Assembly (NCBI GenBank): GCA_016180645.1
Contig: JACPAV010000047.1
Span: 1 to 50,353 of the forward strand
Origin: Nitrospirota bacterium
Lineage (GTDB): Bacteria; JACPQY01
Direction of reading: 5' to 3'
DNA length: 50,353 nucleotides
The notes beneath the pieces are model-generated. The model did not search any database, had not been told where the DNA came from, and worked only from the letters and a program-made list of their open reading frames with translations. Made by a program: the position numbers and the translations under genes. Positions 26,621 through 34,706 of the stretch are shown piece after piece; the stretch's first letter is position 1, and each line of letters starts with the position of its first letter.

Positions 26621-28030
26621 TCAGCGGATGCAGGTGCCGCCCCCGTCCCGGTCGCGGCACAGCGCAACCGACACACCGATCAGAAACCACGTATCCAGCC
26701 TGTAAAGGGTTTGGGCGAATTGGTACATGACGAAAAACGTCATGAACAATGCCAGACGATATCCGCGAATCAGGTCGGCAAGGCCCTCATCACGCGCGCG
26801 TCGCGCCGCATCACCCATCTTGAGGAACAGGAAAAGAAGGAAAAGGAGAAAGAAGCCGGTGCCGATGATCCCCGTCTCGGATAGCGTCTCAATCCACATG
26901 TTCGCGGGCACCAGTCGGTGCCACTCTTTTTCACGATTCCCCTCGCCGATGTTCTTCGCCCACAGTTCTCCGGCCAGATAGCCGCCATAGTTCCCAATCC
27001 CCACGCCGAAAAACGGATTCTCCCTGATGATCCGGGCCCCTTCCCTTACGGTTTGAAGGCGAGGCGCGGAAGAATACGGTTCCGTCGGATCGAAGGCGGC
27101 GGATCCCAACCGGAGAAGCGCATTCTGGAACCTCTCCGGAAACGTCGCGGTGCCGGCGGCCACCGCGGCCGCCAGGAGCAGCAGGACACCCCACCGCTTG
27201 AAAGCCAGGAGCGGGGATCGGACCCACACGAACATGACGAGGAGGCACAGGGCCAGCCACCCGGAACGGGAGGTGGATAGAAAGGTCGTGAGGGTGAGAA
27301 ATCCGAGCAACAGGGGAACGGTCCAGCGACCAAACGGGGAGCGACCCTTGACCCAGAGGTACGCCAGGATGGAGAGGGCTTGGATGCTGAAGAAGGCGTA
27401 GTATTGCGGTTCGTAGTGGAAAGCGTTGAGCCGCGGCCACCCTCCAAATTTCTGCGCGAGGAAAGGCAGCTCGATTCCCCCGGCCGTGTAGGCCACAACC
27501 TGAGCGAGGCCGTAGACCGCGGCCATGACTTGGGAGGCCAGGAACACCTTCGTGATCCAATAGACGCGTCCCGGGGTTCGAACGAACGTGAAGACCCCCG
27601 GCAGAATGACCAGCAGGTCGAAGCAAAACCAGCCAAGATAGCCGACGCTCTTCTTGAGGTTGAAAGTGGAGATGAGACTCAACGTGAGGACAGCTCCAAA
27701 TGCCAGCAAAGGGGCGAACAGATCTGGCTCCGGCAGCCGGTAGGCATCTCCCCTGCGAGCCAACCGATTCAGGATGAGTCGCGAAGCGAGAACCAATCCG
27801 GCGATGTGTGAGAGCCGCACCGTAAACCCACCCACGTCCCGCGTCAGGAATTGATCCAAGGGCAACCCCAATACGAACAGGGCCATGGCCGTGAACTCGG
27901 AGGCAAGGAGCCACCCGAGCACGGCAAGGACGGGCAGAAAAAGCGTTACAAACGGGTAGAACACCCCCGCAACGGTTCCAAGGACGATGGTAACGGCGGT
28001 CCGACGCCTACGGCCGGGGGATGGAGCCAA
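26621..28030 (-). CDS. O-antigen ligase/polymerase (WaaL/Wzy_C-like) membrane protein
   Basis: About 12 hydrophobic segments, EPQYYA, TSRSGW, NPFFGVGIGNY, NMWIETLSETGIIG. Confidence 0.82.
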   Translation of the reverse strand: MAPSPGRRRRTAVTIVLGTVAGVFYPFVTLFLPVLAVLGWLLASEFTAMALFVLGLPLDQFLTRDVGGFTVRLSHIAGLVLASRLILNRLARRGDAYRLPEPDLFAPLLAFGAVLTLSLISTFNLKKSVGYLGWFCFDLLVILPGVFTFVRTPGRVYWITKVFLASQVMAAVYGLAQVVAYTAGGIELPFLAQKFGGWPRLNAFHYEPQYYAFFSIQALSILAYLWVKGRSPFGRWTVPLLLGFLTLTTFLSTSRSGWLALCLLVMFVWVRSPLLAFKRWGVLLLLAAAVAAGTATFPERFQNALLRLGSAAFDPTEPYSSAPRLQTVREGARIIRENPFFGVGIGNYGGYLAGELWAKNIGEGNREKEWHRLVPANMWIETLSETGIIGTGFFLLFLLFLFLKMGDAARRARDEGLADLIRGYRLALFMTFFVMYQFAQTLYRLDTWFLIGVSVALCRDRDGGGTCIR

Positions 28031-28871
28031 CTCGAACGGCTTCCCTGACGAAAATGTAAGCGAGATAGAGGAAGAGCCCCGCCACCAGCCCCATCCCGGC
28101 GTTGAGCCGAAGATCGGGTTTGATGGGTTTTTCAGGCCGGTAGGGAGGGCTCACGATTTGAGACCGGCGGCTCATGAATTCGGAATTCTCCAGCTGCACT
28201 TGGCGGAATTTCTCGCGCAGTTTTGACACCAAGGATTGCCTGCTTTCCATGTCGACGTTGAGGGCCACCATCGCGGAGTCGGTTTTTCCGGATCTGCGGT
28301 ATTCCGCCAAGGTTCGCTTGAGATCGGCCAGTTCACTCTCGGCCGAGGTGATCTGTCCGGCGAAATCGGACTCCCAGTTCTTGCGGATCGCGAGAACATC
28401 GCGATACTCGTTGTTGTGCCGCTCGATGGTCCGTTCCGCAATGGCTTCAGCGAGGCGGAGGGATTCTTCCGGAGTCGGGCCTCGGACGCCAACGGTGAAT
28501 ACGGCCATCCTTTCGAGATCCGAATGCTCCGGACGGATGGGACGAATGCGTTTCTTCAAGGTATTGACGTCGCCCTTCAATTTCAGATCGGTAGCTATTC
28601 CTTTCAGAAAAGCCGGACTCGTAATAATTTCTGCCAGTTCCGGAGCCGATTCAGAGAGGATGGCGCGGTTGTAGGACCCCCCCTGACTGCCCTCGAACCA
28701 AACGCGACCGAGACGCAGAGTAAAGTGCGTCTCGTAGGTCTTGGGCAGTACCCAGGACAATGCCAGTGCGACTCCACACGCAATGACCCCGCAAAGGATA
28801 AGCCTTACTTTTTCCCCGGAGAGGGCATGAAGGTAGCCGGATAAATCGAATGATTCCTTCTCAGCGTTCAT
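28008..28871 (-). CDS. Second Wzz-like chain-length determinant
   Basis: ATG 28871 MNAEKESFDL; TM1, PKTYET, coiled coil, PPYRPEKPIKP plus TM2. Confidence 0.78.
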   Translation of the reverse strand: MNAEKESFDLSGYLHALSGEKVRLILCGVIACGVALALSWVLPKTYETHFTLRLGRVWFEGSQGGSYNRAILSESAPELAEIITSPAFLKGIATDLKLKGDVNTLKKRIRPIRPEHSDLERMAVFTVGVRGPTPEESLRLAEAIAERTIERHNNEYRDVLAIRKNWESDFAGQITSAESELADLKRTLAEYRRSGKTDSAMVALNVDMESRQSLVSKLREKFRQVQLENSEFMSRRSQIVSPPYRPEKPIKPDLRLNAGMGLVAGLFLYLAYIFVREAVRVGSIPRP

Positions 28872-28908
28872 CTTCGTTGGTGCATGGCCGGCATCAAATG
28901 GCGGCAGG

Positions 28909-28937
28909 AGTATAGCCATGACCCCGCGGAGTCGCAA
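28909..28937 (-). promoter_or_regulatory. Sigma70 promoter for the wzz-wzy pair
   Basis: TTGCGA-N17-TATACT on the minus strand. Confidence 0.6.
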
Positions 28938-28987
28938 CTTGTTTTAGTCGGCGAAGGCCCGTGTCCGGAGGGGTCCGACCCAGAGCC

Positions 28988-29081
28988 TCTGACAGAATGC
29001 CGATTCGTAGGGGAGCATCTTCAGATGCTCCCTCTTGTCCTTGCCTCCTCGTAGGGGAGCACCTACAGGTGCTCCCTCTTG
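28988..29081. repeat. Second site of the GTAG-REP element (one TIR arm plus two tandem REP hairpins)
   Basis: 28988-29039 matches the reverse complement of 3533-3584 with one mismatch; followed by GTAG-GGGAGCACCT-AC-AGGTGCTCCC-TCTTG. Confidence 0.9.
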
Positions 29082-29154
29082 CCCCCGGATGCAGGGGGTG
29101 GCCGGGAACTTGATTGATTCCTTGCGCTCCGATACGATCTCGACGGGGCGACAA

Positions 29155-30444
29155 ATGGAAGGTCTAAAGAGGGCTCTCTTCGTTGCAACTCTCGTTTTCT
29201 GGGCCGGCGAGGTCTGCGCCGAGCAGGGAGTCATCACCGCGCGAAGCGTGAATGTGCGCAGCTCACCCGCCATCGAGGCTTCAAACGTCATCGGACGTCT
29301 GATCGCCGGCCAAACGATCGAGGTTCTGGAACACCGGGAGGGCTGGCTCCAAGTTCGTAAGGAATCCCTCGTCGGCTGGGTGCGCCAGGAATATGTCGGA
29401 GCACACGCCCCCACAGTTTCTCCATCCCCGCTTCCGCAAAGCACTCCGGCCGCTGAACTGGAGCCCTCCCCGGGCCCAGCCGGATTGCCACCCGAACGGG
29501 CCACCGATCTGCCGGACGTTCTCCAGAGCCGCGGCGTAGTCCTCCGCCCGCGGGTAAACGTCCGAAGCCGCCCGGTCCTCGATCCGTCCTCCGTCAAATT
29601 CACTCTCGTCCAGGGGCAGCGGATCGAAGTCCTCAAGGTCCAAGACTACTGGTACAACATCCACACTCCGGACGGACGTGAAGGCTGGGTCATCGCGCCG
29701 ATGGTCTCGCTGGGCGTAGGCTTGATCCGGCCCGAAACCTATCTCGGAGGTGCGCAGGCCCTGGTGGAGGCCGGCTGCCGGCGTGTGGGGACACAACTTG
29801 AAATCCCCTCGAAAGCCGCGGTCCTGGAAGGAGCGCAGCTCCTCGAAAAATGGGTGGAAGTTTATCCCGATTCCTCACACACGGGCCGGGCCTATTATTA
29901 CCTCGGACTTGCGCGCGCCGCGCTCGCCAAGCTTCACAATGTCCACCGGGACGAGGATGCAAAAACATACGTGGACACACACCCCGCCCTTTTTCGCACC
30001 CTGCCGAACAAGGGACAAACCCTATACGATGGAAGCGATTTCGAATCCGTGCTCCGGAGCTTCCCGCAAAGCAGTGTGGCGCCCGCCGCCCTGCTCGAAC
30101 GGGCCATCGTTCGCCGACAGCAGGTCTGCTCTTCCGCCGATCGCTGCAACTTCACCGCGACCTTGGAAGTCTTCCGGGATGTCTTCGACGGACGGGCCAC
30201 GGTCAAGGGAAAGGAAACCGGCGTCGAAATCCTCCTCGAGGACCTGCGTGAAACCGCCGGGATCCGGACGAACGAGCGACCGGTACTGAAAAAATCCGTC
30301 GACTCCTTTCTGGGCATCGTCACCGGAATGACTCATCTTGAACTTCGAAAGGAGGCCCTCCGGAAAATCGCCTCCGCCTACCAGGCCCTGAATTATCCCG
30401 AAGACGCCAAGCGGACGCTCCGGCTCATCGGACCCTCTTCGTAG
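29155..30444 (+). CDS. Exported protein with two bacterial SH3 domains and a helical TPR-like C-terminus
   Basis: Signal-peptide-like N-terminus; VNVRSSP...GWLQV...GWV and VNVRSRP...WYNI...EGWV; YPDS...AYYYLG and FPQS..APAALL. Confidence 0.7.
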   Translation: MEGLKRALFVATLVFWAGEVCAEQGVITARSVNVRSSPAIEASNVIGRLIAGQTIEVLEHREGWLQVRKESLVGWVRQEYVGAHAPTVSPSPLPQSTPAAELEPSPGPAGLPPERATDLPDVLQSRGVVLRPRVNVRSRPVLDPSSVKFTLVQGQRIEVLKVQDYWYNIHTPDGREGWVIAPMVSLGVGLIRPETYLGGAQALVEAGCRRVGTQLEIPSKAAVLEGAQLLEKWVEVYPDSSHTGRAYYYLGLARAALAKLHNVHRDEDAKTYVDTHPALFRTLPNKGQTLYDGSDFESVLRSFPQSSVAPAALLERAIVRRQQVCSSADRCNFTATLEVFRDVFDGRATVKGKETGVEILLEDLRETAGIRTNERPVLKKSVDSFLGIVTGMTHLELRKEALRKIASAYQALNYPEDAKRTLRLIGPSS

Positions 30445-30470
30445 GCGGGATTTAATCCCCACAGGCCGCA

Positions 30471-30498
30471 TTGACACAGCGCGTCGAGCGGCTATAAT
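30471..30498 (+). promoter_or_regulatory. Consensus sigma70 promoter of yebC
   Basis: TTGACA-N16-TATAAT, 8 nt before ATG 30507. Confidence 0.85.
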
Positions 30499-30506
30499 CC
30501 AAGCCG

Positions 30507-31253
30507 ATGTCCGGTCATAATAAGTGGAGCAAAGTTAAGCACAAAAAGGGCAAGGCAGACGCCCAGAAGGGCAAAATCTATACCAAGCTCATCCGCGAAA
30601 TCATGGTGGCCGCCCGGAACGGCATACCCGATCCCGAAATGAACGCCTCGCTCCGTCTCGCCATCACCAAGGCGCGCGAAGCGAACATGCCGAACGACAA
30701 CGTCGAACGGGCCATTTTGAAAGCCACGGGTGGCGACGAAGGTTTCGCACTGGAAGAGGCCGTATTCGAGGGATATGGTCCGGGAGGCGTGGCTGTTCTG
30801 GTCCATGTGGTCACGGACAACCGAAAACGCGCCGTGGCCGACCTCCGAAATCTGTTTACCAAGCTCGGCGGAAATCTGGGCGAATCGGGATGCGTCTCTT
30901 GGGTCTTCGATAAGAAGGCGGTCTTCACCTTCGACCGGAGTGCAGTGGACCCTGAGAAACTCCTGGACATGGCCCTTGACGCCGGTGCGGATGACGTGAA
31001 AGAGGATGGGAACGACGTCACCGTTACATCCCCACCGAACGAATTCGAAAAATTGCGCAAACTCTTCGAGGAAAAGAACCTGAAACCGACGATCGCTCAG
31101 ATTTCCATGATCCCCAAGAACACCGTTCCGCTCGCGGGCATGGAGGCGGAGAAGTTCGTCAAGTTCATGTCCACGCTTGAAGAGCACGACGACGTCCAGA
31201 ACGTCTACGCGAATTTCGACATCCCCGACGAGATCCTCGAAAAAGCGGCCTGA
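30507..31253 (+). CDS. yebC: YebC/PmpR family protein
   Basis: MSGHNKWSKVKHKK, EGYGPGG, TDNRKR, DDVQNVY. Confidence 0.97.
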   Translation: MSGHNKWSKVKHKKGKADAQKGKIYTKLIREIMVAARNGIPDPEMNASLRLAITKAREANMPNDNVERAILKATGGDEGFALEEAVFEGYGPGGVAVLVHVVTDNRKRAVADLRNLFTKLGGNLGESGCVSWVFDKKAVFTFDRSAVDPEKLLDMALDAGADDVKEDGNDVTVTSPPNEFEKLRKLFEEKNLKPTIAQISMIPKNTVPLAGMEAEKFVKFMSTLEEHDDVQNVYANFDIPDEILEKAA

Positions 31254-31257
31254 CGCG

Positions 31258-31332
31258 CTTCTTCCGCTCATGCTTCGACGGCGCTCAGCACGAGCGGAAG
31301 AAGGCCGCTCACCCTGAGCTTGTCGAAGGGTG
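31258..31332. repeat. Inverted pair of TTCGAC...GCTCAG...GAGCGG palindromic repeats
   Basis: CTTCTTCCGCTC/GAGCGGAAGAAG 12-bp stem around TTCGACGGCGCTCAG, then an inverted copy CCGCTCACCCTGAGCTTGTCGAAGGG. Confidence 0.75.
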
Positions 31333-31347
31333 CTGGCGGCACTCTCC

Positions 31348-31860
31348 GTGCGCAGTCCAATAATTTCTCCCGTTCTGGGTGTCGACCCCGGCAGCCTGAC
31401 CACCGGATATGCGTTTGTGGTGGAAACCGGCCGCCGCCTCGTTGTGCGCGACTTTGGCGAGATTTCCCCGCCGGCCAAGGCCCCGCTCCCGCGCCGTCTC
31501 CTGGCCATTCACGATGCCCTCGAATCGAAAATCCTCGCCCATCGGCCGGAATGCCTCTCCCTCGAAGCCCTCTTCGTCGCAAAGGGCCTCCAGAGCATGA
31601 TGAAACTGGTCTACGCCAAGGGCGTTGTTCTGCTCCTCGCCGCGCGGCATAATCTGGACGTGTTCGAATACCCTGCCCTGACCGTGAAGAAATCCGTGGT
31701 GGGCTACGGCCAGGCCGAGAAACGACAGGTCCAGTTCATGGTCCGGCAACTCCTGAGTCTGGCGGATCTGCCGCGACCCGATGAGGCCGACGCGATGGCT
31801 CTAGCCCTGTGCCATCTTCAAGCCCGGAAAGCCAGGCTCCTCGCCGGTTCAACTCCATGA
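31348..31860 (+). CDS. ruvC: Holliday junction resolvase RuvC
   Basis: VLGVDPG, LEALF, VKKSVVGYGQAEK, DEADAMALALCH; start uncertain. Confidence 0.95.
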   Translation: MRSPIISPVLGVDPGSLTTGYAFVVETGRRLVVRDFGEISPPAKAPLPRRLLAIHDALESKILAHRPECLSLEALFVAKGLQSMMKLVYAKGVVLLLAARHNLDVFEYPALTVKKSVVGYGQAEKRQVQFMVRQLLSLADLPRPDEADAMALALCHLQARKARLLAGSTP

Positions 31861-32447
31861 TCGGATTTCTCCGCGGAAAGATCGCCGAAAAAACACCCGA
31901 TCGGATCATTCTCGACGTCGGCGGCGTGGGGTACGAAATTGCCGTTCCCGTCACCACGTATTCGAAGCTTCCCGGGCCGGGCGCGGAGGCCCAGCTCCAC
32001 GTCCACACGCATGTGCGCGAAGACGCCCTCCAACTGTTCGGCTTCCAATCCCGCGAGGAGTTGAACCTCTTCCGCCTCCTCATCAACACCCCTGAGATCG
32101 GGCCCAGACTGGCGGTCAATATCCTTTCCGTTCTCGGTCCGCAGGGATTCGTGCGGGCCGTGGCGGCGAAGGATCAGACCTCTCTGCGCCGAGTGCCGGG
32201 CCTGGGCCCCAAGAAGGCCGAAAAACTCCTCGTCGAACTGAAGGACAAGGTGGACGGCATGGCCGCGGGCCTCCCCGAAGCCTCCGGACCGCCGAGCGTA
32301 CGCGAGGACCTGCTTTCCGCTCTCAAGAATTTGGGCTATAAAGCGGAGGAGGTGAGTCCGGTGATTTACGAAGTCATGAAAAAATCGCCCAGCGCTCCCG
32401 TGGAGGAGCTCCTCCGGGAAGCCTTGCGGCATCTCTATCGGAGGTAG
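31857..32447 (+). CDS. ruvA: Holliday junction branch-migration protein RuvA
   Basis: MIGFLRG, GGVGYE, VREDALQLFGF, IGPRLA, VPGLGPKKAEK, ALKNLGY. Confidence 0.96.
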   Translation: MIGFLRGKIAEKTPDRIILDVGGVGYEIAVPVTTYSKLPGPGAEAQLHVHTHVREDALQLFGFQSREELNLFRLLINTPEIGPRLAVNILSVLGPQGFVRAVAAKDQTSLRRVPGLGPKKAEKLLVELKDKVDGMAAGLPEASGPPSVREDLLSALKNLGYKAEEVSPVIYEVMKKSPSAPVEELLREALRHLYRR

Positions 32448-32449
32448 GC

Positions 32450-32707
32450 ATGGCTGAAACTCTCAAGTGCAGGATCGTGGCAACCCATGGAACGGTGTTT
32501 GAAGGGGAAGTCAGGAGCGTTCGCGCGCCGGCCCACGAGGGGGACGTCTGCATCCTGAAAGATCACATCGCCTTTGTCACGCCTCTCCGGAAGGGAACGG
32601 TCACCTTGGACACCGCCGGAGAGCCCAAGGCCTTCAACCTGGATCACGGCGTGCTCGAGGTCCTGAACAACCAGGTCACCATCATCGCCCAGGGCCTCGC
32701 GGCGTAG
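32450..32707 (+). CDS. atpC: Short F1-ATPase epsilon-like protein (N-terminal beta-sandwich only), orphan
   Basis: GGAGG RBS; VFEGEV, PAHEGDVCILKDH, TPLRKG, GVLEV..NQVTIIA follow the epsilon N-domain pattern. Confidence 0.7.
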   Translation: MAETLKCRIVATHGTVFEGEVRSVRAPAHEGDVCILKDHIAFVTPLRKGTVTLDTAGEPKAFNLDHGVLEVLNNQVTIIAQGLAA

Positions 32708-32761
32708 GAAAGACATGGAACGTCCCCTCGCCGTCCCATGAGCCAAGCGGAGGGAGCGTAG

Positions 32762-33067
32762 ATGTTTGGCATCGGGTTTTCCGAGCTCGTCGTCATTTTC
32801 ATCGTAGCCCTTCTCGTGTTCGGTCCCAAACGCCTGCCCGAGGTGGCCCGGAAACTTTCAAGAGGTTTGAAAGACCTCCGGGAGGCGGCGGATGACGCGC
32901 GGTCAACCATCCTCTCGGGCATGGACGACACAAAGACCCCATGGCGAATCGGCTCGTCGGCCCCGGACGCGGGCCTCACGCAAAGCCAGGCAAAACCCGC
33001 GGGCGCAGGGAGCGAGGACACTTCCGCCAAACCGAAGTCCCCCCCCCCCGCGACCCCCAAAGCGTAG
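32762..33067 (+). CDS. tatB: Twin-arginine translocase TatB (TatA/B family)
   Basis: MFGIGFSELVVIFIVALLVFGPKRLPE; directly upstream of tatC. Confidence 0.85.
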   Translation: MFGIGFSELVVIFIVALLVFGPKRLPEVARKLSRGLKDLREAADDARSTILSGMDDTKTPWRIGSSAPDAGLTQSQAKPAGAGSEDTSAKPKSPPPATPKA

Positions 33068-33124
33068 CTCACTCCCATCGGCATCCGGTTCTTCTCCCGG
33101 GGCGAATCCTCGACCGACAAGTCG

Positions 33125-33838
33125 ATGTCGTTCCTCGACCACCTCGGGGAGCTGCGGCGCCGCCTGATCATCAGCCTCGTGGCCGTGGGCGTGGCCATGT
33201 TCGCCTCCTTCACTTTTTCGCAACAACTCTTCGACTGGCTGGCCCAACCGCTGTACAAGGCCCTTCCCCAAGCGAAAGTCGGAATCATCTTCACGGGCGT
33301 GGGCGAAGCTCTGAACACCTACGTGTGGATCTCCGTGGCCGCCGGGATCGTTCTCGTCAGCCCCATCCTGTTCTGGCAGTTCTGGGCGTTCGTCGCCCCC
33401 GGTCTCCACCGAAAAGAGAAGAAGACCCTTTTCGCGATTGCCATCGCGTCGTCAGGACTCCTTCTCGCGGGTGTGGCCTTCGCCTACTATGTGGCGTTGC
33501 CGCTCGTCCTCCGATTTTTTCTGTCGTTTGCCACCCCGCAACTCCTGGCCGCGCCGCGCATGGGCGAGTATTTGTCGTTCGTGGCGTGGTTCGCCCTGAT
33601 ATTCGGCCTTACGTTCCAAACGCCGCTGATCATGGCCCTACTGGCTTGGATCGGAATCCTCTCCCCAAAGACGCTTACGGGGAATCGCTCCTACGCCATC
33701 GTCGGGATTTTTGTTCTCGCCGCCATCGTCACGCCGCCCGATGTGGTCAGCATGATGCTGGTCGCCATACCGTTGCTCGTACTCTTTGAAATGGGAATTG
33801 TTGCGGCAAAGATGCTGTACAAGGACCACAATACCTAG
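33125..33838 (+). CDS. tatC: Twin-arginine translocase TatC
   Basis: MSFLDHLGELRRRL, WAFVAPGL, FQTP, AAIVTPPD. Confidence 0.95.
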   Translation: MSFLDHLGELRRRLIISLVAVGVAMFASFTFSQQLFDWLAQPLYKALPQAKVGIIFTGVGEALNTYVWISVAAGIVLVSPILFWQFWAFVAPGLHRKEKKTLFAIAIASSGLLLAGVAFAYYVALPLVLRFFLSFATPQLLAAPRMGEYLSFVAWFALIFGLTFQTPLIMALLAWIGILSPKTLTGNRSYAIVGIFVLAAIVTPPDVVSMMLVAIPLLVLFEMGIVAAKMLYKDHNT

Positions 33839-33916
33839 TAGTCACGCTCTACATATGGTAGTAAGGTCTTGAAATCATTTAGCAATTACAAACAAATACA
33901 TTTCTTTACAAAAGAC

Positions 33917-33944
33917 TTGACAATGTAATCCCCACCGCTATAAT
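33917..33944 (+). promoter_or_regulatory. Consensus sigma70 promoter with no downstream sense CDS
   Basis: TTGACA-N16-TATAAT preceded by an AT-rich UP-like tract (33870-33915). Confidence 0.8.
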
Positions 33945-33950
33945 GTCCAC

Positions 33951-34153
33951 TTAGGAGTTAGAAGTGGAGGAACAGGGGATTTTCAAGGGGTTTTTCAGGG
34001 CCGTTCAGGTTCCTTCGCTCCCGTCTACTCTTTCTTTCCGCCATTCGGCAATTAATCACACTCCCTAGTACCACGGGGTGGGGCTGCCCCTCCCTCCTGC
34101 TCAGGATTCTCAGCCCTCCGTCCTGCAGGAGGCCCCGCCCCTGTTTTCTTTTT
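33951..34153 (+). ncRNA. Candidate ~200-nt small RNA
   Basis: Bounded by the promoter above and by a nested stem (34075-34141) followed by a U-rich tract; no credible ORF; family not recognised. Confidence 0.45.
34075..34153 (+). terminator. Long GC stem plus U-rich tract (terminator-like)
   Basis: GGGGTGGGGC/GCCCCGCCCC enclosing CTCCTGC/GCAGGAG, followed by TGTTTTCTTTTT. Confidence 0.5.
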
Positions 34154-34195
34154 CCGGGAAAAGAAGGGTCTGCCGGGCGATTTCGAGGCGAAAAT

Positions 34196-34666
34196 CTACA
34201 GTTCTTGGAGGAATTCGGCGTACGGACGTCCGGTGACCGGGTCCCTGAGCCGCGGAGCGAGGGCGTAGAGCGGCTCCAGAACGAACCGCCGGCCCCGCAT
34301 GCGCGGGTGGGGGATCTCCAGTCCTGGTTGACTCAAAGTCATACCCGCGTACCACAACAAATCCAGATCGAGAAGGCGGGCCGGAGAGAGCGGTTCCGTA
34401 CGAACCGATGGCCGGATTCTCCCGAACAGTTTTTCAATATTCATCAGGCCGGCCATCAGACTCATCGGAGGCTGAAAGGTCTGGATCTCCGCCACGCCGT
34501 TCAGGAACGGCCCACCCTCGGCCTCTACGGGCGCGGTCTCAATCGTGGGGCTGCGCCGAACAAGCCGCGTCCCCGGAAACCGGTTCAGCTCCTTGCACGC
34601 CCGATCCAGCGTGGCTTCCCGGTCGCCCTGGTTCGATCCAAGGCCGATGAAGGCGGTTGCCAGCAC
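34196..34666 (-). CDS. folK: 2-amino-4-hydroxy-6-hydroxymethyldihydropteridine diphosphokinase
   Basis: IGLGSNQG, FLNGV, IEKLFGR, RLLDLDLL, IPHPRM..RRFVL. Confidence 0.95.
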   Translation of the reverse strand: MLATAFIGLGSNQGDREATLDRACKELNRFPGTRLVRRSPTIETAPVEAEGGPFLNGVAEIQTFQPPMSLMAGLMNIEKLFGRIRPSVRTEPLSPARLLDLDLLWYAGMTLSQPGLEIPHPRMRGRRFVLEPLYALAPRLRDPVTGRPYAEFLQEL

Positions 34667-34675
34667 GACCGCTAG

Positions 34676-34706
34676 ATCTCAAATTTCAAACTTGAAATCT
34701 CAAATT
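34676..34706. repeat. AT-rich heptamer tandem repeat (ATCTCAA-type)
   Basis: atctcaa atttcaa acttgaa atctcaa att; contains the dapL stop codon; near-identical to 42098-42120. Confidence 0.75.

Noticed and set aside
28988..29081. CRISPR array interpretation of the palindromic repeats
   Set aside because: Only two units per site, short spacers, non-identical repeats, an inverted arrangement at 3.5 kb, and no cas genes.
33839..34195. Replication origin, tRNA, SRP RNA or mraZ remnant
   Set aside because: No TTATCCACA-type DnaA box cluster, no cloverleaf or T-loop, and no SRP GGAA-loop motif. The ATT-started IFKGFF micro-ORF only superficially resembles the MraZ N-terminus.
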